A DNA stretch of 64,000 nucleotides, taken from NCBI GenBank assembly GCA_965212005.1, contig OZ243038.1:1857440-1921439 (forward strand), written 5' to 3'. Shown here one piece after another: positions 45,699 to 56,999 of this stretch; position 1 is the first letter of the stretch; every line of letters begins with the position of its first letter. Source of the DNA: Candidatus Porifericomitaceae bacterium. Its GTDB lineage: Bacteria > Pseudomonadota > Gammaproteobacteria > Porifericomitales > Porifericomitaceae. The position numbers and the translations under genes are program-made. Below the pieces are notes generated by a model, which saw nothing but the letters and a program-made list of their open reading frames with translations, searched no databases and had not been told where the DNA came from.

Positions 45699-48221
45699 TT
45701 AGAAGTTGAATTTAACCTTCAGGTAGGGGAAAGCGCCGTTATAACCATAAGGCACCGCCCGGATTGGGTATCGGAAGCCGCCATTGCTGATCACGTGCAG
45801 CACTTCATCCGTTCCCAGTCGGTCCGGCCTGTCGTTGAAGACGTTGTCTACGCCGGCGACAACGGTAAAGTTTTCCGTCACGTCGCAGGCAACGCTGAAG
45901 TCAACCGGGATAGCCCGTTCCACCACGCTGGTGGGCCGAGTCCCCGGGATGCCGATGTGGTTTGCACCGAAGAAGTCAATTTCCGTTGACCCGTAATAGC
46001 TGATGCGCAATACGCTTTTGAAAGCGGCCCTGCTCCAGTCAAAGGACAGTGTTGCGCGCTCTTGCGGTTGCCCGCCGGTTAGAAATGAACGGGTTTCGTT
46101 TGGATATATCTGATCAATCGACGTTCCGGCCGGCACGTTGAAGCCGTCGATGTTGGTGTCGTTGAGGTTGCCGGCAAACGTTACGTCCAAATCACCGTCA
46201 AACAGGCTGATGGCGCCGTAAGTGAGGATTACGTCCAAGCCTTCGGTAGAGGTGTTGACGGCATTGGAGAAAAAGCTGATGCCGTTCACGCCCCTGGCAT
46301 CCAGTTCGGCCAGTGCGGCGGGGTTGTCGGCCACGCTCTCGCGGTTTATCAAGCCTCCTAAAACGATGCGGTCGTCAATGGAAATCCGGTAAAAATCAAC
46401 GGTCAGCAACAAGGTGTCGGTTGGAGACCAGACAAATCCAATGCTTACGCTGTCGGAAGTCTCGATGTCCAGGCCATCCACGCCCAGTGCCCTGGGAAAG
46501 GCACTGCCGGCGGCAGCTGTAAATGAGCGCTCCAGCACCCCGGCATCGTTGATATTGGTTTGAAAGGCACTGTATGCCGCCTGCTGCAGGGAAGGGGCGC
46601 GAAAGCCCGTTGCCGCTGCCCCGCGCAGGGCAAAGCTGTCGGTGAAGTCAAATCGCGTGGAAATTTTCCCGGTCAGTTCGCTGCCTACCCCCGCGCTGTA
46701 TTTTTCGAAGCGAGAGGCAACGCCCAACAGCCAAATATCGGTCAGATTGCTTTCCAGATCGATGTATGCCGCATAACTGCTCCGGTCTGCCTCGCCGGCT
46801 TCTGCCGGTGAAATGCCACTAAAAGCCTGAAATCCGCAGCCGGCAAACGCGCGGGGCACGTTGGGATCGGAAGGTATCACCACGGAAGGAATGCCTCCGC
46901 TGGCGTCTTCCGGGCTTTGGCTGCCGCATGAATACGATGCAAGAATGCCGGGACGGACCTGGTAGTTTTCGTCGCGGGCCTCGGCACCCAATGCCACGTT
47001 CAACGTTGTCTCTGCCATCTCAATGCTGCCGACAAGGTCCAGGTTAAAGGTCACTTGCTCGAAAGAGCGCCCCCCGGCATGGCCGGCAGTAGGTCCGGCG
47101 TTGGCGGCAATGTCTTCGTCAGTGGCCCCCGGGTTATCTCGAAGATACTCAGCGGCGATCGATGCATTGATCGTATTGCTGCTGCCGAAGTCGTATTCGT
47201 TCTCTCCGTACGTCACTGAAAAATCCATGTTCCAGTCGGAAGTCAGGTCCACCAGGTAGCCCAGGGAGAATGAGACGTCAGTCGCCTCGTTATCGATGTT
47301 GGGCAAAAATCCGTCCGGGTGGACTTGGGGCACGACTTGCGCCGCGCTGCCGGCTTGCCGGCGAAAGCCGGAGCCTGTGGCGGTCCGGTCGGAGACGCCG
47401 CCAAAGGAATAGAGCGCCCCGTTGTAGAGCGGCAGCCTGGCATTGTAGAAGCCCGAGGCGAATTCTCCTTCCGCACTGCCCTGGAACCAGCCGGGGCTGG
47501 CGCGATTGGTTGAGTCAAAGTCGCGGTATTCCGCGGAAATATTGATAAAGCCGCCGCTGTTGCCCAGTTCAAAGCCTGTATTAAATCCCAGGGGGAGCGT
47601 TTCGCCGTCTCCCGATCCGGTTTGCCCATACTGGATGAACCCGCTGGTCTGGCCCGTGCTTTCTTTCAGATTGATGTTGATCACGCCGGCGATTGCGTCC
47701 GATCCATATTGTGCGGCGGCACCGTCACGCAAAATCTCCACGCTACGCAGCGCGGTTATCGGAATCGAGTTCAGGTCGGTGCCTGCCGCGCCGCCGCCGA
47801 TGCTGTTGGACAACTGGAATACCGCTTGGGTATGACGTCGCTTGCCGTTGATCAGCACCAGTACCTGGTCGGGTTGCAGTCCCCGCAAGGTGGCAGGCAG
47901 AAACAGGTCATTCCCGTCCGAGATTTGCGTGCGCGAAAAGTTGAAGGAGGGGGCAACCGTCTGCAAAGCCTGCCCGAGTTCGGAAAAGCCTCCGTCGCTT
48001 AACGTATCGCTTTTGATGATGTCGACCGGGACGGCTGATTCCGCCGCCGTGCGCCCCTTCACGCGGCTTCCGATGGTGATCACTTCTTCCACTACTTTTT
48101 CATCCGATCGTGACTGTGAATGGGCGCCGGCTGAATAGGCAAACAATACGCTGCCGGCGACGCACACCAGGCATAAGACTCTCTGCGCCTGGACTGAGCT
48201 TTCGCATGAGTTGGTTATCAT
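45699..48221 (-). CDS. TonB-dependent outer-membrane receptor
   Basis: Signal peptide, TonB-box/plug region (DEKVVEEVITIGSR), and a beta-barrel ending in the C-terminal ...YLKVKFNF. The ATG at 48221 follows a GAGGAG Shine-Dalgarno. Confidence 0.85.
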   Translation of the reverse strand: MITNSCESSVQAQRVLCLVCVAGSVLFAYSAGAHSQSRSDEKVVEEVITIGSRVKGRTAAESAVPVDIIKSDTLSDGGFSELGQALQTVAPSFNFSRTQISDGNDLFLPATLRGLQPDQVLVLINGKRRHTQAVFQLSNSIGGGAAGTDLNSIPITALRSVEILRDGAAAQYGSDAIAGVININLKESTGQTSGFIQYGQTGSGDGETLPLGFNTGFELGNSGGFINISAEYRDFDSTNRASPGWFQGSAEGEFASGFYNARLPLYNGALYSFGGVSDRTATGSGFRRQAGSAAQVVPQVHPDGFLPNIDNEATDVSFSLGYLVDLTSDWNMDFSVTYGENEYDFGSSNTINASIAAEYLRDNPGATDEDIAANAGPTAGHAGGRSFEQVTFNLDLVGSIEMAETTLNVALGAEARDENYQVRPGILASYSCGSQSPEDASGGIPSVVIPSDPNVPRAFAGCGFQAFSGISPAEAGEADRSSYAAYIDLESNLTDIWLLGVASRFEKYSAGVGSELTGKISTRFDFTDSFALRGAAATGFRAPSLQQAAYSAFQTNINDAGVLERSFTAAAGSAFPRALGVDGLDIETSDSVSIGFVWSPTDTLLLTVDFYRISIDDRIVLGGLINRESVADNPAALAELDARGVNGISFFSNAVNTSTEGLDVILTYGAISLFDGDLDVTFAGNLNDTNIDGFNVPAGTSIDQIYPNETRSFLTGGQPQERATLSFDWSRAAFKSVLRISYYGSTEIDFFGANHIGIPGTRPTSVVERAIPVDFSVACDVTENFTVVAGVDNVFNDRPDRLGTDEVLHVISNGGFRYPIRAVPYGYNGAFPYLKVKFNF

Positions 48222-48389
48222 TATTAAACTCCTCTTGAGTTTCAGGTACCCCAGGTACTTTTGGATACCTATAGGGATAGGTTTCCAAGATACCAAATCC
48301 GGGACGGCATTTCAAAAATTACACAGGCACTTTCGACCTCGGCGGAGCCTGCGCAATGGCAGCAATCCGGGCATCCCGAGGTGCCGATG

Positions 48390-51300
48390 CTAGCGCTCGA
48401 GTTTGCCGCAGGCACCGCCGCCCGGTGTCTCAATGCGCAGACGGTCCCCTGCCGCCACCTGTGCCTGGCAGCTGCCGGGCAGCTTTTCCACTGTGCCGTC
48501 CGCCCGGAGCAGCGTGTTGCGGCCCGCGGCACCGGGAGCACCGCCTTGCAGGCCGAAAGTCCCCCTTTTCCGGTGTCCGCTGAGCAGAGAAATCTCCATC
48601 GCTTCCAGAAAACGCAGCTCCCGTGTCACCCCGTTACCGCCGCGGTAACGGCCCTGTCCACCGCTGCCGTAACGTATGGCAAATCGTTCCAGCAATACCG
48701 GGAAGCGCCACTCCAATATCTCTGGATCGGTGATCCGGGAGTTTGTCATATGCGTATGCACCGCATCGGCGCCATCAAAACCAGGACCCGCCCCGGCTCC
48801 GCCGCAGATGGTCTCGTAATACTGGCAGCGATCGTTGCCAAAGCTGACGTTGTTCATGGTGCCCTGGGAGGCTGCCAGCGCCTCGAACGCCAGAAACAGC
48901 GCGTTGCTGATCGCTTGCGAAGTCTCGACGTTGCCCGCCGCCACGGCATCCGGAAAGCGCGGGCTCAGCAGGCTGTCCGCAGGCAGTATGATGCGGACCG
49001 GCTTCAGACAACCGTCGTTTAACGGAATGGGTTCATCCACCAGGGTGCGAAACACGTACAATACTGCGGCGCGTGTGACCGCGGGAGGCGTGTTGAAATT
49101 GTCTGCGGCGCGCGCCGACGTGCCGCTGAAATCCACCACTGCGGAGCCGGCTGCCGGATCGATCTGCACCTGCACCTGAATATGCGCGCCGTTGTCCATC
49201 GGATAACGCACGTGCCGCCCGCCGTGCAGTTTGCGTAGCATATTACGCACCGCCTGTTCGGCGTTGTCCTGCACGTGGCGTGCGTAAGCGCACACGGTGC
49301 TTTCGCCAAAGCGTTCCGCCAGGCGGCGCAGCTCCAGGACTCCGGTTTGATTGGCTGCCGTCTGTGCTTTCAGGTCGGCGACGTTGCGCTCGATATTGCG
49401 CGCCGGATGAGGCCCCGTGCCTAGCAGACCGTGCAGCTCCCGCTGGCGCAGGCGTCCGTCTTGCACCAGCAGGAAACAGTCGATGAGCACTCCCTCTTGT
49501 TCCAGGTGGGTACTGTAGGCCGGCATGGAGCCAGGGGTGATGCCGCCGACGTCGGCGTGGTGGCCGCGGGAGGCAACGTAAAACAGGGGAGTTTGGGCGC
49601 CGTTTCCAAGAAACACCGGGGTGACGGTGGTAATGTCCGGCAAATGAGTACCGCCGTTGTATGGATTGTTCAGCGCGTATACTTCCCCCGGGCGCAGCGG
49701 GCTGCGGCGGATCACGCTGCGCACAGTCTCGCCCATGGAACCTAAATGCACCGGCACATGCGGAGCATTGGCGATCAGGCTGCCACCGGCGTCAAACAGC
49801 GCGCAGGAAAAATCCAGCCGTTCCTTGATGTTGACTGAATAAGCGGTGTTTTGCAGTGTGGCGCCCATTTGTTCTGCGATCGACAGGAACAAGTTGTTGA
49901 ATATTTCCAGGCGCACCGGGTCGGCCTGGTCGCTGTCCCGCGGGCGCGAGCGCGGCCTTGCCGTGCGCGACAACAGCAGGTTGCGGTGCTCATCGAGCCG
50001 GGCGCTCCATGCAGGATCCACGACGGTAGTGGAATTATGTTCGGCGATGATGGCGGGCCCCGCCACCGATTGGCCGGGAGCAAGCAGCGTTCGCCAGTGC
50101 AGCGGGACGCGGCGCAGGCGTCCGTCCACGTACATCGGGACTTGGGCCGATCCGTTCTCCGGTCGCGTTTCCGCCAGTTCCTGCGTCAGCTCGCCATCCG
50201 GATTCAATGTGCCCACGGCCTCCGCCAGGACCGCGTCCACGACCAGCGAGGTCTCTTTCATGGTAAATCCAAAGCGTTCCTGGTGGCGTTCCTCGAAACG
50301 CCGCCGCATGTCCGCGGCACTGGCCGCTTCGACCTGCAGGATCGAGTCGGAATCGGCGTAGTGCAGGTGGGCGCGCCGCAGGCAGCGGATGGCCGCCGCG
50401 GGAATGCTCTGTTGACGCACGTCCTGGCACGCCAGCTCCTGCAACTCCTGCCAGGTGGCGGCCAATTGGGGCTCCAGGGACTGATCCAGCCTGGCAGTGA
50501 TCGCCCGCTGCCTGGTTTTGCGCACTTGAGCCAATCCCATGCCGTAGGCGGACAGCACGCCGGCCAGCGGATGAATCAAAACCTGGCGCAATCCCAGTTC
50601 ATCGGCTACCCGGCAGGCGTGTTGGCCGCCGGCTCCGCCAAAGCAGCACAGCACGTAATCGCTGACGTCGTGGCCGCGTTGTACGGAGATGCGCTTGATG
50701 GCAGTGGCCATGTTGGCGACGGCTATGCGTAGAAACCCTTCCGCCGCCTGGTACAGGTCCGGGTCTGCACGGGCAGGGTCGATCTCCCGCGCCAATCGCT
50801 TGAAAGCTGTCCTGACCCCCTGCTGGTCCAACTCCTGGTTGCCGTCGGGACCAAAGATCCTGGGGAAATACCCGGATTGCAGCCGCCCGAGCAGCAAGTT
50901 GCAATCCGTCACCGTGAGCGGCCCTCCCCGCCGGTAGCAGAGTGGCCCGGGATCGGCTCCCGCGGAATGCGGTCCCACCTGGCACCGGCCATCGCGGAAT
51001 TTGAGTATGGAGCCGCCACCGGCGGCGATGGTATGGATGCGCAGCGCAGGCACGCGCAGGCGAATCCCCGCGTGCACCGATTCAAAATCGCGCTCCAGTT
51101 CGCCCGCATAGTGCGCCACGTCGGTGGAAGTGCCGCCCATGTCAAAGCTGATCACATGCTCAAAGCCCACCCTGCGGCAGCTTTCCACCGCGCCGACGAT
51201 CCCTCCTGCCGGCCCGGACAGAATGCTGTCGCGGCCCCGAAAGTGTGCGGCTTCGCTGAGGCCACCGTTTGACTGCATGAAAAACAGGCGCGTGCCACTC

Positions 51301-51995
51301 AGTGCCTGCGATACCTGCTCCACGTAGCGGCGCAGCACCGGTGACAGGTAAGCGTCTGCCACGGTGGTGTCTGCGCGCCCGACGATCTTCATCAGCGGGC
51401 TGACCTGATGAGAAACGGATACCTGGCTGAAGCGAAGCTCGCGGGCCCAGGCAGCGAGCTTTTGTTCGTGTTGAGGGTAACGGTAGCCGTGCATCAGGCA
51501 GATCGCACAGGCGTGAATCCCGTCCCGTCGTGCCTCCTCCAGCCCCTGCCGTGCCTGCTCCTCGTCCAGGGGCAGCAATACCTCTCCGCGGGCGTTGATC
51601 CGTTCATTGATTTCCAGTACGCGCGCATAGAGCGGTTCCGGCAACACGATCCGGCGCGCAAACAGGTCCGGTCGATTCTGGTAGGCAATGCGCAGGATAT
51701 CGGCGAAGCCGCTCGTGGTCACCAGCAGCGTCCGCGCCCCTTGCCGCTCCAGCAACGCGTTGGTGGCCGCCGTAGTCCCCATGCGCACCGATTCAATGCG
51801 CTCGGTCGCCGGGATCGGTGCTCCGTCCTCAAGGCCCAGCAAGATCCGGATCCCGCGCAGCGCTGCGTCCTCGCGGTACAGCGGACTCTCCGATAGCAGC
51901 TTGCAGGAGATCAGCCTGCCGTCAGGACGCCGCCCCACCACGTCGGTAAAGGTTCCGCCCCGATCGATCCAGAATTGCCATCTTTCGCTGTCCAT
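48390..51995 (-). CDS. 5-oxoprolinase / N-methylhydantoinase (fused HyuA-HyuB, ATP-hydrolysing)
   Basis: About 1200 aa. N-terminal MDSERWQFWIDRGGTFTDVV (hydantoinase A N-terminus), then the hydantoinase B region. The ATG at 51995 is preferred over the longer ORF. Confidence 0.85.
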   Translation of the reverse strand: MDSERWQFWIDRGGTFTDVVGRRPDGRLISCKLLSESPLYREDAALRGIRILLGLEDGAPIPATERIESVRMGTTAATNALLERQGARTLLVTTSGFADILRIAYQNRPDLFARRIVLPEPLYARVLEINERINARGEVLLPLDEEQARQGLEEARRDGIHACAICLMHGYRYPQHEQKLAAWARELRFSQVSVSHQVSPLMKIVGRADTTVADAYLSPVLRRYVEQVSQALSGTRLFFMQSNGGLSEAAHFRGRDSILSGPAGGIVGAVESCRRVGFEHVISFDMGGTSTDVAHYAGELERDFESVHAGIRLRVPALRIHTIAAGGGSILKFRDGRCQVGPHSAGADPGPLCYRRGGPLTVTDCNLLLGRLQSGYFPRIFGPDGNQELDQQGVRTAFKRLAREIDPARADPDLYQAAEGFLRIAVANMATAIKRISVQRGHDVSDYVLCCFGGAGGQHACRVADELGLRQVLIHPLAGVLSAYGMGLAQVRKTRQRAITARLDQSLEPQLAATWQELQELACQDVRQQSIPAAAIRCLRRAHLHYADSDSILQVEAASAADMRRRFEERHQERFGFTMKETSLVVDAVLAEAVGTLNPDGELTQELAETRPENGSAQVPMYVDGRLRRVPLHWRTLLAPGQSVAGPAIIAEHNSTTVVDPAWSARLDEHRNLLLSRTARPRSRPRDSDQADPVRLEIFNNLFLSIAEQMGATLQNTAYSVNIKERLDFSCALFDAGGSLIANAPHVPVHLGSMGETVRSVIRRSPLRPGEVYALNNPYNGGTHLPDITTVTPVFLGNGAQTPLFYVASRGHHADVGGITPGSMPAYSTHLEQEGVLIDCFLLVQDGRLRQRELHGLLGTGPHPARNIERNVADLKAQTAANQTGVLELRRLAERFGESTVCAYARHVQDNAEQAVRNMLRKLHGGRHVRYPMDNGAHIQVQVQIDPAAGSAVVDFSGTSARAADNFNTPPAVTRAAVLYVFRTLVDEPIPLNDGCLKPVRIILPADSLLSPRFPDAVAAGNVETSQAISNALFLAFEALAASQGTMNNVSFGNDRCQYYETICGGAGAGPGFDGADAVHTHMTNSRITDPEILEWRFPVLLERFAIRYGSGGQGRYRGGNGVTRELRFLEAMEISLLSGHRKRGTFGLQGGAPGAAGRNTLLRADGTVEKLPGSCQAQVAAGDRLRIETPGGGACGKLER

Positions 51996-52203
51996 CTCTC
52001 TATGATAATGCAGTCTGGTCCGCCCCCCCTCTGTTGGTGTATCCCAGGGCGCTGGGAATGGTCTTGCTGACCGGGGTATCGTTAAAGGTAACGGAAGCCG
52101 GATTTTCCTGGCTGGCCCAACTCCGCTCCGCTCTGCCGGGCAGGCGGGGTGATACAATGAGCTCTGCCGTCCGGCCGGCGGCGGCAGTGCAAGTGGAGCA
52201 TGA

Positions 52204-52671
52204 ATGAAGACCAAGCGCCCCGAGGACGCCGATAAAGCGGACGTGATTGACGCGTTGTTGCCGCAGACACAGTGCGGACAATGCGGCTTTCCCGGTTGCC
52301 GGCCTTACGCCCAGGCCATTGCGGCGGGACGGGCCGGGATCAATCGTTGCCCGCCCGGCGGCACAGTGACCATTACCGCCCTGGCCGAGTTGTTGGGCCG
52401 GGAGCCGGAAGCGCCGAACTTTCTCCCGACGCCGCCGCGGCGGGTCCGGATCGAGGAGCCGGACTGCATCGGTTGCACCAAGTGCATCCAAGTGTGCCCG
52501 GTGGACGCTATTGTCGGCGCGCAGGGGAAGATGCACACCGTGATCGAGTCAGATTGCACCGGCTGCGGCCTGTGTCTGCCTCCTTGTCCGGTGGACTGCA
52601 TTCATTGGCTGCTCGTCCCGGTGCCGGCGCGGCATTGGCTGCATCCGGCGAGCGTTGCGGAGGATCGTTGA
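52204..52671 (+). CDS. rnfB: RnfB-type ferredoxin (Rnf complex subunit B-like, lacking the N-terminal membrane anchor)
   Basis: [22 protein letters not shown]...INRCPPGG and two 4Fe-4S motifs ([24 protein letters not shown]), closely matching RsxB/RnfB. Confidence 0.8.
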   Translation: MKTKRPEDADKADVIDALLPQTQCGQCGFPGCRPYAQAIAAGRAGINRCPPGGTVTITALAELLGREPEAPNFLPTPPRRVRIEEPDCIGCTKCIQVCPVDAIVGAQGKMHTVIESDCTGCGLCLPPCPVDCIHWLLVPVPARHWLHPASVAEDR

Positions 52672-54161
52672 AGTCCTACCGCAACGCCTTTCCCGGCGGG
52701 CTGGACCTGCCGACGCACAAGGAGCTGTCCAACAATTCGCCTGCTATCCTGGTTCCGTTGCCGGAGCGGATCATTTTACCTTTACAGCAGCATATCGGTT
52801 TGCCGGCACTGCCGCAGGTGCGGGTGGGGGATCGGGTGCTCAAGGGTCAGCCGGTGGCGCGCTCCGAGCGTTTCGTCAGCGTGCCTTTGCACGCCAGCAC
52901 TTCGGGCAAGGTGATCGACATAGGAGATTACCCGGTGCCGCATCCTCCCGGTCAGAAAGCGCCCTGCATTGTGATCGAACCGGATGGGGAAGACAGCTGG
53001 TTTGATATTCAGCCCACGTTGTCCTATGAGCAGAAGGATCCGGCACAGCTGCATCGTTTGATCCAGGAATGCGGAATCGTCGGCCTGGGCGGCGCAGGGT
53101 TTCCGGCGCACGTCAAGATCCAGGAAGGAGTTGAGAACGAAGTCGATACGCTGATTATCAACGGCGTCGAATGTGAGCCCTACATTACCTGTGATGATCG
53201 CCTGATCCGGGAAAAGGCCCAGTACGTGGTAGCCGGAACCAACATCATTGCCCACGCGGTGCAGACCAGCCGCAGCATCATCGCGGTGGAAGAGGACATG
53301 CCCGAGGCCGCGCAGGCCTTGCAGGAACAGTTGCAGGGAGACATTGAACTGGTCACGGTACCCAGCCGTTTTCCGGCCGGCGGAGAGAAACAGTTGGTGC
53401 AAACGCTGACCGGTCGCGAGGTGCCCAGCGGCGGCCTGGCGATCCATATAGGCGTGGTAGTGCACAACGTGGCGACCGCGGCGGCAGTTTTTCGGGCCGT
53501 CACCCGGGGAGAGCCTATCGTTTCCCGCTACCTGACCGTGACCGGGGAGGTGGAGCAGCCGCGCAACGTGCAGGTGCTGCTTGGTACTCCGGTGGCCGAT
53601 TGCGTGCGCCTATGCGATCAAAGGCCGCTCGATGATCGGGAGATCATCGTTGGTGGACCCATGATGGGCAGCCGGCTGCAAAGCATGGATGTGCCTATCA
53701 CAAAGATGACGAACTGTGTGATGGTCGTCATGGAGAAGCATCGCGAGGCGGCCCAGCCTTGTATCCGTTGTGATCGCTGCGCGGACGTGTGTCCGGTACG
53801 GCTGCAGCCGCAGGAGCTTTATCGCCTGATCGATGCCGATGCCCTGGAGAATGCCCGCGACTATCATCTGTTTGACTGCATTGAGTGCGGCTGCTGCGCT
53901 TACGTTTGCCCCAGTCAGATCCCGCTGGTGCATTACTATCGTTACGCCAAGTCAGGCCTGGCCATGCGCGAGCGCAACCGCGAGGGCGCCGACCGCGCCA
54001 GGGCGCGTTTCCTGGCCAGGGAAGAACGGTTGCAGCGCGAACGGGAGCAGCAGCTGGGTGCTCCGGTGCCGCGCTCGCCGGAGCAGCGCCGTGCTTACGT
54101 GGAAGAGGCGGTGGACCGAGCCCGAAAGCGCCGCACGGAAGACGACTCCGCGGATCCCTGA
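52668..54161 (+). CDS. rnfC: RnfC-like NADH-binding / 4Fe-4S subunit
   Basis: TTG start at 52668 after GGAGG, giving a 4-bp overlap with rnfB. The RnfC N-terminal pattern ([14 protein letters not shown]...[15 protein letters not shown]), ferredoxin Cys clusters ([24 protein letters not shown]), and a basic/acidic C-terminal tail. Confidence 0.8.
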   Translation: MKSYRNAFPGGLDLPTHKELSNNSPAILVPLPERIILPLQQHIGLPALPQVRVGDRVLKGQPVARSERFVSVPLHASTSGKVIDIGDYPVPHPPGQKAPCIVIEPDGEDSWFDIQPTLSYEQKDPAQLHRLIQECGIVGLGGAGFPAHVKIQEGVENEVDTLIINGVECEPYITCDDRLIREKAQYVVAGTNIIAHAVQTSRSIIAVEEDMPEAAQALQEQLQGDIELVTVPSRFPAGGEKQLVQTLTGREVPSGGLAIHIGVVVHNVATAAAVFRAVTRGEPIVSRYLTVTGEVEQPRNVQVLLGTPVADCVRLCDQRPLDDREIIVGGPMMGSRLQSMDVPITKMTNCVMVVMEKHREAAQPCIRCDRCADVCPVRLQPQELYRLIDADALENARDYHLFDCIECGCCAYVCPSQIPLVHYYRYAKSGLAMRERNREGADRARARFLAREERLQREREQQLGAPVPRSPEQRRAYVEEAVDRARKRRTEDDSADP

Positions 54162-54470
54162 GCGCTTGCCTGCCGCCTCGCGACCGTTTTACCTGGTGCG
54201 GAGGCGTTTGCCTGAAAAAGAGCCGCCGCCGTGCCCACCCGCCGGCCATTCGCTATTGGATGCGGTCGATCATCGGTGCACGGACCAGGGTGGCCGGCTT
54301 CTTTGCAATCTCCATGCCGAGGCGAAGCAGCGCAAATCTCCCCGCTGTCCCGGTGCGCTCCGGGCGCCGATGAACGCAGTTTGAATAGATGCTGCGGCTT
54401 ATATTGAATGAACACCGGGCGCGCTGACAGGTGCCTGGAACCTTGCACCACGTTGCCGCCGGAAGACAGT

Positions 54471-55292
54471 TCAGCGGTGTCGCAGCCAATGGACACTGCA
54501 ACTGGCCAGCAGGTACACGCTGACGGTCAATAGCGTGATGGTGGCTCCGGCAGGCAGGTTGGGCGAATAGGAAATGGCAATGCCCAGGGTGGAAGTGGCG
54601 ATGCCGATCAGAATAGCCGAAATCATCGCGCTCGCGAGTGTGCTGGCGAACAGCAGGGCGGTTGCCGCCGGCAGGGCGAGCAGGGCAACCATCAGGGTGA
54701 TGCCGACCAGGCGCATCATCAATACCACGGTAAAAGAGACCAGGAACATCAGCAGCAGGTAGAAACTGTTGACCGGCACCCCGCGTGAGCGGGCAAAGTC
54801 CTCGTCCAGCACGCAGGCGTTGAGTTGGCGATAGAACAGCAAAACCAGGATCACGATCGCCACGTCCAGGATGATCATCATGACCAGGTCTGTTTGACTC
54901 ACCAGCAGAATATTGCCGAACAGGTAATTTTCCAGTTCCATCCCGAGTTCAGGCCGATCAGAGATCAGCAGTACGCCGATCGCCATGCCGGCAGGCCAGA
55001 GTGCGGCCAACATCACGTCCTGCTCCTGTTGCAGGCGCAAGTGGATCAGCCACGCCAGCGAGGCGGCCACCAGGCCTGCCGCAAGCGCGCCCCACAGCGG
55101 GGGCCAATCAAACAGCAGGGACACCCCCACGCCTGCCAGCAAGCTGTGTGCAATGCCGCCGGAAAGCAGGCTGGCGCGTTTGATCACGACCAGCGGGCCG
55201 ATCAATCCGCAGCCGATACCGGCCAACAGGCCGGCCAGAAGCGCACGTTGCAGGAAATTGTATTGAGGCAGCGCCTGTAGAAACTCAGGCAT
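54471..55292 (-). CDS. znuB: Zinc ABC transporter permease
   Basis: MPEFLQALPQYNFLQRALLAGLLAGIGCGLIGPLVV matches ZnuB. 8 TM helices. Confidence 0.85.
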   Translation of the reverse strand: MPEFLQALPQYNFLQRALLAGLLAGIGCGLIGPLVVIKRASLLSGGIAHSLLAGVGVSLLFDWPPLWGALAAGLVAASLAWLIHLRLQQEQDVMLAALWPAGMAIGVLLISDRPELGMELENYLFGNILLVSQTDLVMMIILDVAIVILVLLFYRQLNACVLDEDFARSRGVPVNSFYLLLMFLVSFTVVLMMRLVGITLMVALLALPAATALLFASTLASAMISAILIGIATSTLGIAISYSPNLPAGATITLLTVSVYLLASCSVHWLRHR

Positions 55293-56037
55293 CGTCCAGC
55301 GAAAGGCGCCGCTCGTGCTTGACCGCGCGCAGCTCCCGTCCATAAAGCTCTTTAATGTGTTTACCTTCCAGGCTGTCAGTATAGTGGCAGATCAAGGTGT
55401 TGTTCAGGCAGGCCACGCGACGAATCGAGGAGATGATAAAGCTGATATCGTGCGAGACCAGCAGCACCGTCAGGTGCTGCAAGTGATCCTGCAGCAGTGC
55501 CAAAAAATCTTCCTCGCTTCTCGCGTCAATATTGGCAGTGGGTTCATCCAGCAGGACCAGGTCCGGACGCCCGGCCAGGGCGCGTGCGATCAGCACTCGC
55601 TGCAATTCGCCGCCCGAGAGCAGGCGCAGGGCCTTGGCGGCATGATCCTGCAGGCCCACGAGTTGCAGCATCTCCAGCGCATAGTCCCGCATTTGCCGCG
55701 TTTGGAACCAGGAATACCAGCGGTGCGGCATGTTGCCCAGCAGCACGGCCTCAATCACACTGATAGACAGATCGCGGCGAAAGCCCGGATGCTGGGGCAC
55801 GTAGCCGACGCGGTGCCGGACTTTCTCGGGCGGCTGGCCGAAAATTTCCACCTGCCCCTGCCTGGGGGTCAGCAGGCCCAGCAGTATCCGCAGCAAGGTG
55901 GTCTTGCCGCCGCCGTTAGGGCCGATGATGCCGATGTGCTCCCCCGGATCAACGCGCAGATCCACGCTTTTCAGTATCGATGCAGTGCCGGGATAAGAGA
56001 AGCTGATCTGCCGCAGGTGGACGGCGGGAGTGCTCAA
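55285..56037 (-). CDS. znuC: Zinc ABC transporter ATP-binding protein
   Basis: Walker A (GPNGGGKTT), ABC signature (LSGGELQRV), Walker B (LVLLDEP). Confidence 0.85.
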   Translation of the reverse strand: MSTPAVHLRQISFSYPGTASILKSVDLRVDPGEHIGIIGPNGGGKTTLLRILLGLLTPRQGQVEIFGQPPEKVRHRVGYVPQHPGFRRDLSISVIEAVLLGNMPHRWYSWFQTRQMRDYALEMLQLVGLQDHAAKALRLLSGGELQRVLIARALAGRPDLVLLDEPTANIDARSEEDFLALLQDHLQHLTVLLVSHDISFIISSIRRVACLNNTLICHYTDSLEGKHIKELYGRELRAVKHERRLSLDDA

Positions 56038-56891
56038 GGCAGGTATTCTGCGAACAAGTCTGCGGCCCGCAGCAGGTTTTTGGGATAGTCCGCTGCCAGC
56101 GGGTCAAGCTGTATGATGGGCACTTGCAGAGTCTCGCTGAAAATCTGGCTGGATTTGTAACTGAATTGGGGCGAGACAAAGACAGCTCTGGCGTCCAGCG
56201 TTCGGGCCTGTTCGATGACTTCCACCAGCCGCCGCGCCATTGGTTCGTGACCGTGGTATTCCAGGCTGATTTGCACCAGTCCGTAGCGCTTGGCGAAGTG
56301 TCCCCATGCGGGGTGTGCGGTAAAAAAAGACGCTCCCTCCGCAACTCCGGCCAATCGCTGCTGAATATCCCGGTGGATCCGGTCCAGCTTTTCTTTCAGG
56401 GCCTCGTAGTTGTTTCGGTAGGCGGCGGCGTGCTCCGGATCGATTTCCTGAAGGGCGTTCGTGATGTGCTCGGCCGCCTGCAGCGCGAGCAGGGGATCGG
56501 TCCAGAAATGCAGGTCCTGGTCGGTGTTGTGGTGTGCGTGCCCGGCATGCGGCTGGTCCGTGCCGGCCCGCGGCAGGCAGCAATCGATCACCCGCAGAGT
56601 GGATTGTTCAGTGTGCAGCCGGGGCAGCCAGGCGTTCTCGAAAGGCATGCCGCTGCGCGCATAGAGCCTGGCTTCACTCAGTGAGGCGAGTTGACTGGAT
56701 TTGATCTCATAATTCTCAGGGCTGGCCTGGGCAGGCACCAGGATTTCGACCTGTACCCGTTTTCCACCGATTTGTTGGGCCAGGTACTGCTGTGGCTGAA
56801 TGCCAACGTAGATGAGCAGGGGAGGCTGCGCCTGGGCAATACGGGCACCGGCTTGCAGGGCCAGCAACAAAGCCGCGGCGCATACCTTCAT
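56034..56891 (-). CDS. znuA: Zinc ABC transporter periplasmic substrate-binding protein (TroA/ZnuA family)
   Basis: Signal peptide MKVCAAALLLALQAGARIAQA, then cluster-9 SBP features including His-rich metal ligands (HAGHAHHNTDQDLHFW). The start is 56891 or 56915. Confidence 0.8.
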   Translation of the reverse strand: MKVCAAALLLALQAGARIAQAQPPLLIYVGIQPQQYLAQQIGGKRVQVEILVPAQASPENYEIKSSQLASLSEARLYARSGMPFENAWLPRLHTEQSTLRVIDCCLPRAGTDQPHAGHAHHNTDQDLHFWTDPLLALQAAEHITNALQEIDPEHAAAYRNNYEALKEKLDRIHRDIQQRLAGVAEGASFFTAHPAWGHFAKRYGLVQISLEYHGHEPMARRLVEVIEQARTLDARAVFVSPQFSYKSSQIFSETLQVPIIQLDPLAADYPKNLLRAADLFAEYLP

Positions 56892-56999
56892 TTGGGCATT
56901 GGTAGGGCACGTCATTTACATGTATCTCTGGCAGCGGGCGCCCGGCGGAACCTGTGGCAGTTGGTCATTGAGTATATAGGTCCACAGAGGAACCTCGGA

